From: a virus
Lineage: Duplodnaviria; Caudoviricetes
Virus record (IMG/VR): IMGVR_UViG_3300017988_000034
Coordinates: 1-24,661 of that record
Reading direction: 5' to 3' (one strand)
Length of the DNA stretch: 24,661 bases
Shown here: piece after piece, positions 24,438 through 24,661 of the stretch
How the letters are laid out: each line of letters begins with the position of its first letter
How positions within the stretch are numbered: the stretch's first letter is position 1
Program-made: the position numbers and the translations under genes
The notes under the pieces: generated by a model
Database searches by the model: none
The model's input: only the letters and a program-made list of their open reading frames with translations
Told to the model about the DNA's origin: nothing

Positions 24438-24655
24438 AGCGTTTTAGTTTAACCAAAGAGGAAGTAGAAAATTTTAGTGGCCATAAATCAAAGCCGGCCA
24501 AAGCTGTTATTACCAATATCAATCAAAGAATTTGTCGATGTGGTTGCGAAAAAGTTTTTATACCAACTCATGGCCATCAACGATTCTTCAATGAAGATCA
24601 TCGTATGGCGAGATGGTTAGAAAAACAGCAGCAAAGAAGAAAGAAGATAGTATGA
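24410..24655 (+). CDS. Small protein with CxCGC metal-binding-like motif
   Basis: RICRCGCEKVFIPTHGHQRFFNEDHR; stop overlaps a further ATG at 24652. Confidence 0.65.
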   Translation: MQYAPEEILKRFSLTKEEVENFSGHKSKPAKAVITNINQRICRCGCEKVFIPTHGHQRFFNEDHRMARWLEKQQQRRKKIV

Positions 24656-24661
24656 TCGAAG

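Overview
The window is a fragment of a tailed dsDNA phage or prophage genome (standard genetic code, AT-rich) with two divergent arms. The minus strand (18202 to 1) carries a P22-like podoviral virion operon: gp3-type small terminase, large terminase, three small ORFs, portal, scaffold, coat, a probable decoration protein, two GT-A glycosyltransferase-like genes among small structural ORFs, head-tail adaptor, gp10-like tail hub, three ejection proteins, and a pectate-lyase-type tailspike that runs off the left edge and is missing from the ORF track. The plus strand (18419 to the end) carries a regulation/replication arm: a sigma70-region-4-like HTH protein, an RHH protein, an iteron-type origin (GTTACCTAT repeats around an AT core), a P4-alpha-like primase-helicase, a gp32-like SSB and small ORFs. 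No integrase, lysis genes, tRNA or CRISPR array is recognisable. Two observations stand out. First, a three-gene block (fibre-like gene, glycosyltransferase, adaptor) is bracketed by synonymously diverged leftover stubs of its own first and last codons, which suggests a swapped virion cassette. Second, two glycosyltransferases sit inside the head-neck module next to Ser/Thr-rich virion proteins, which suggests virion glycosylation. All family assignments come from motif recognition by eye; no database search was run.
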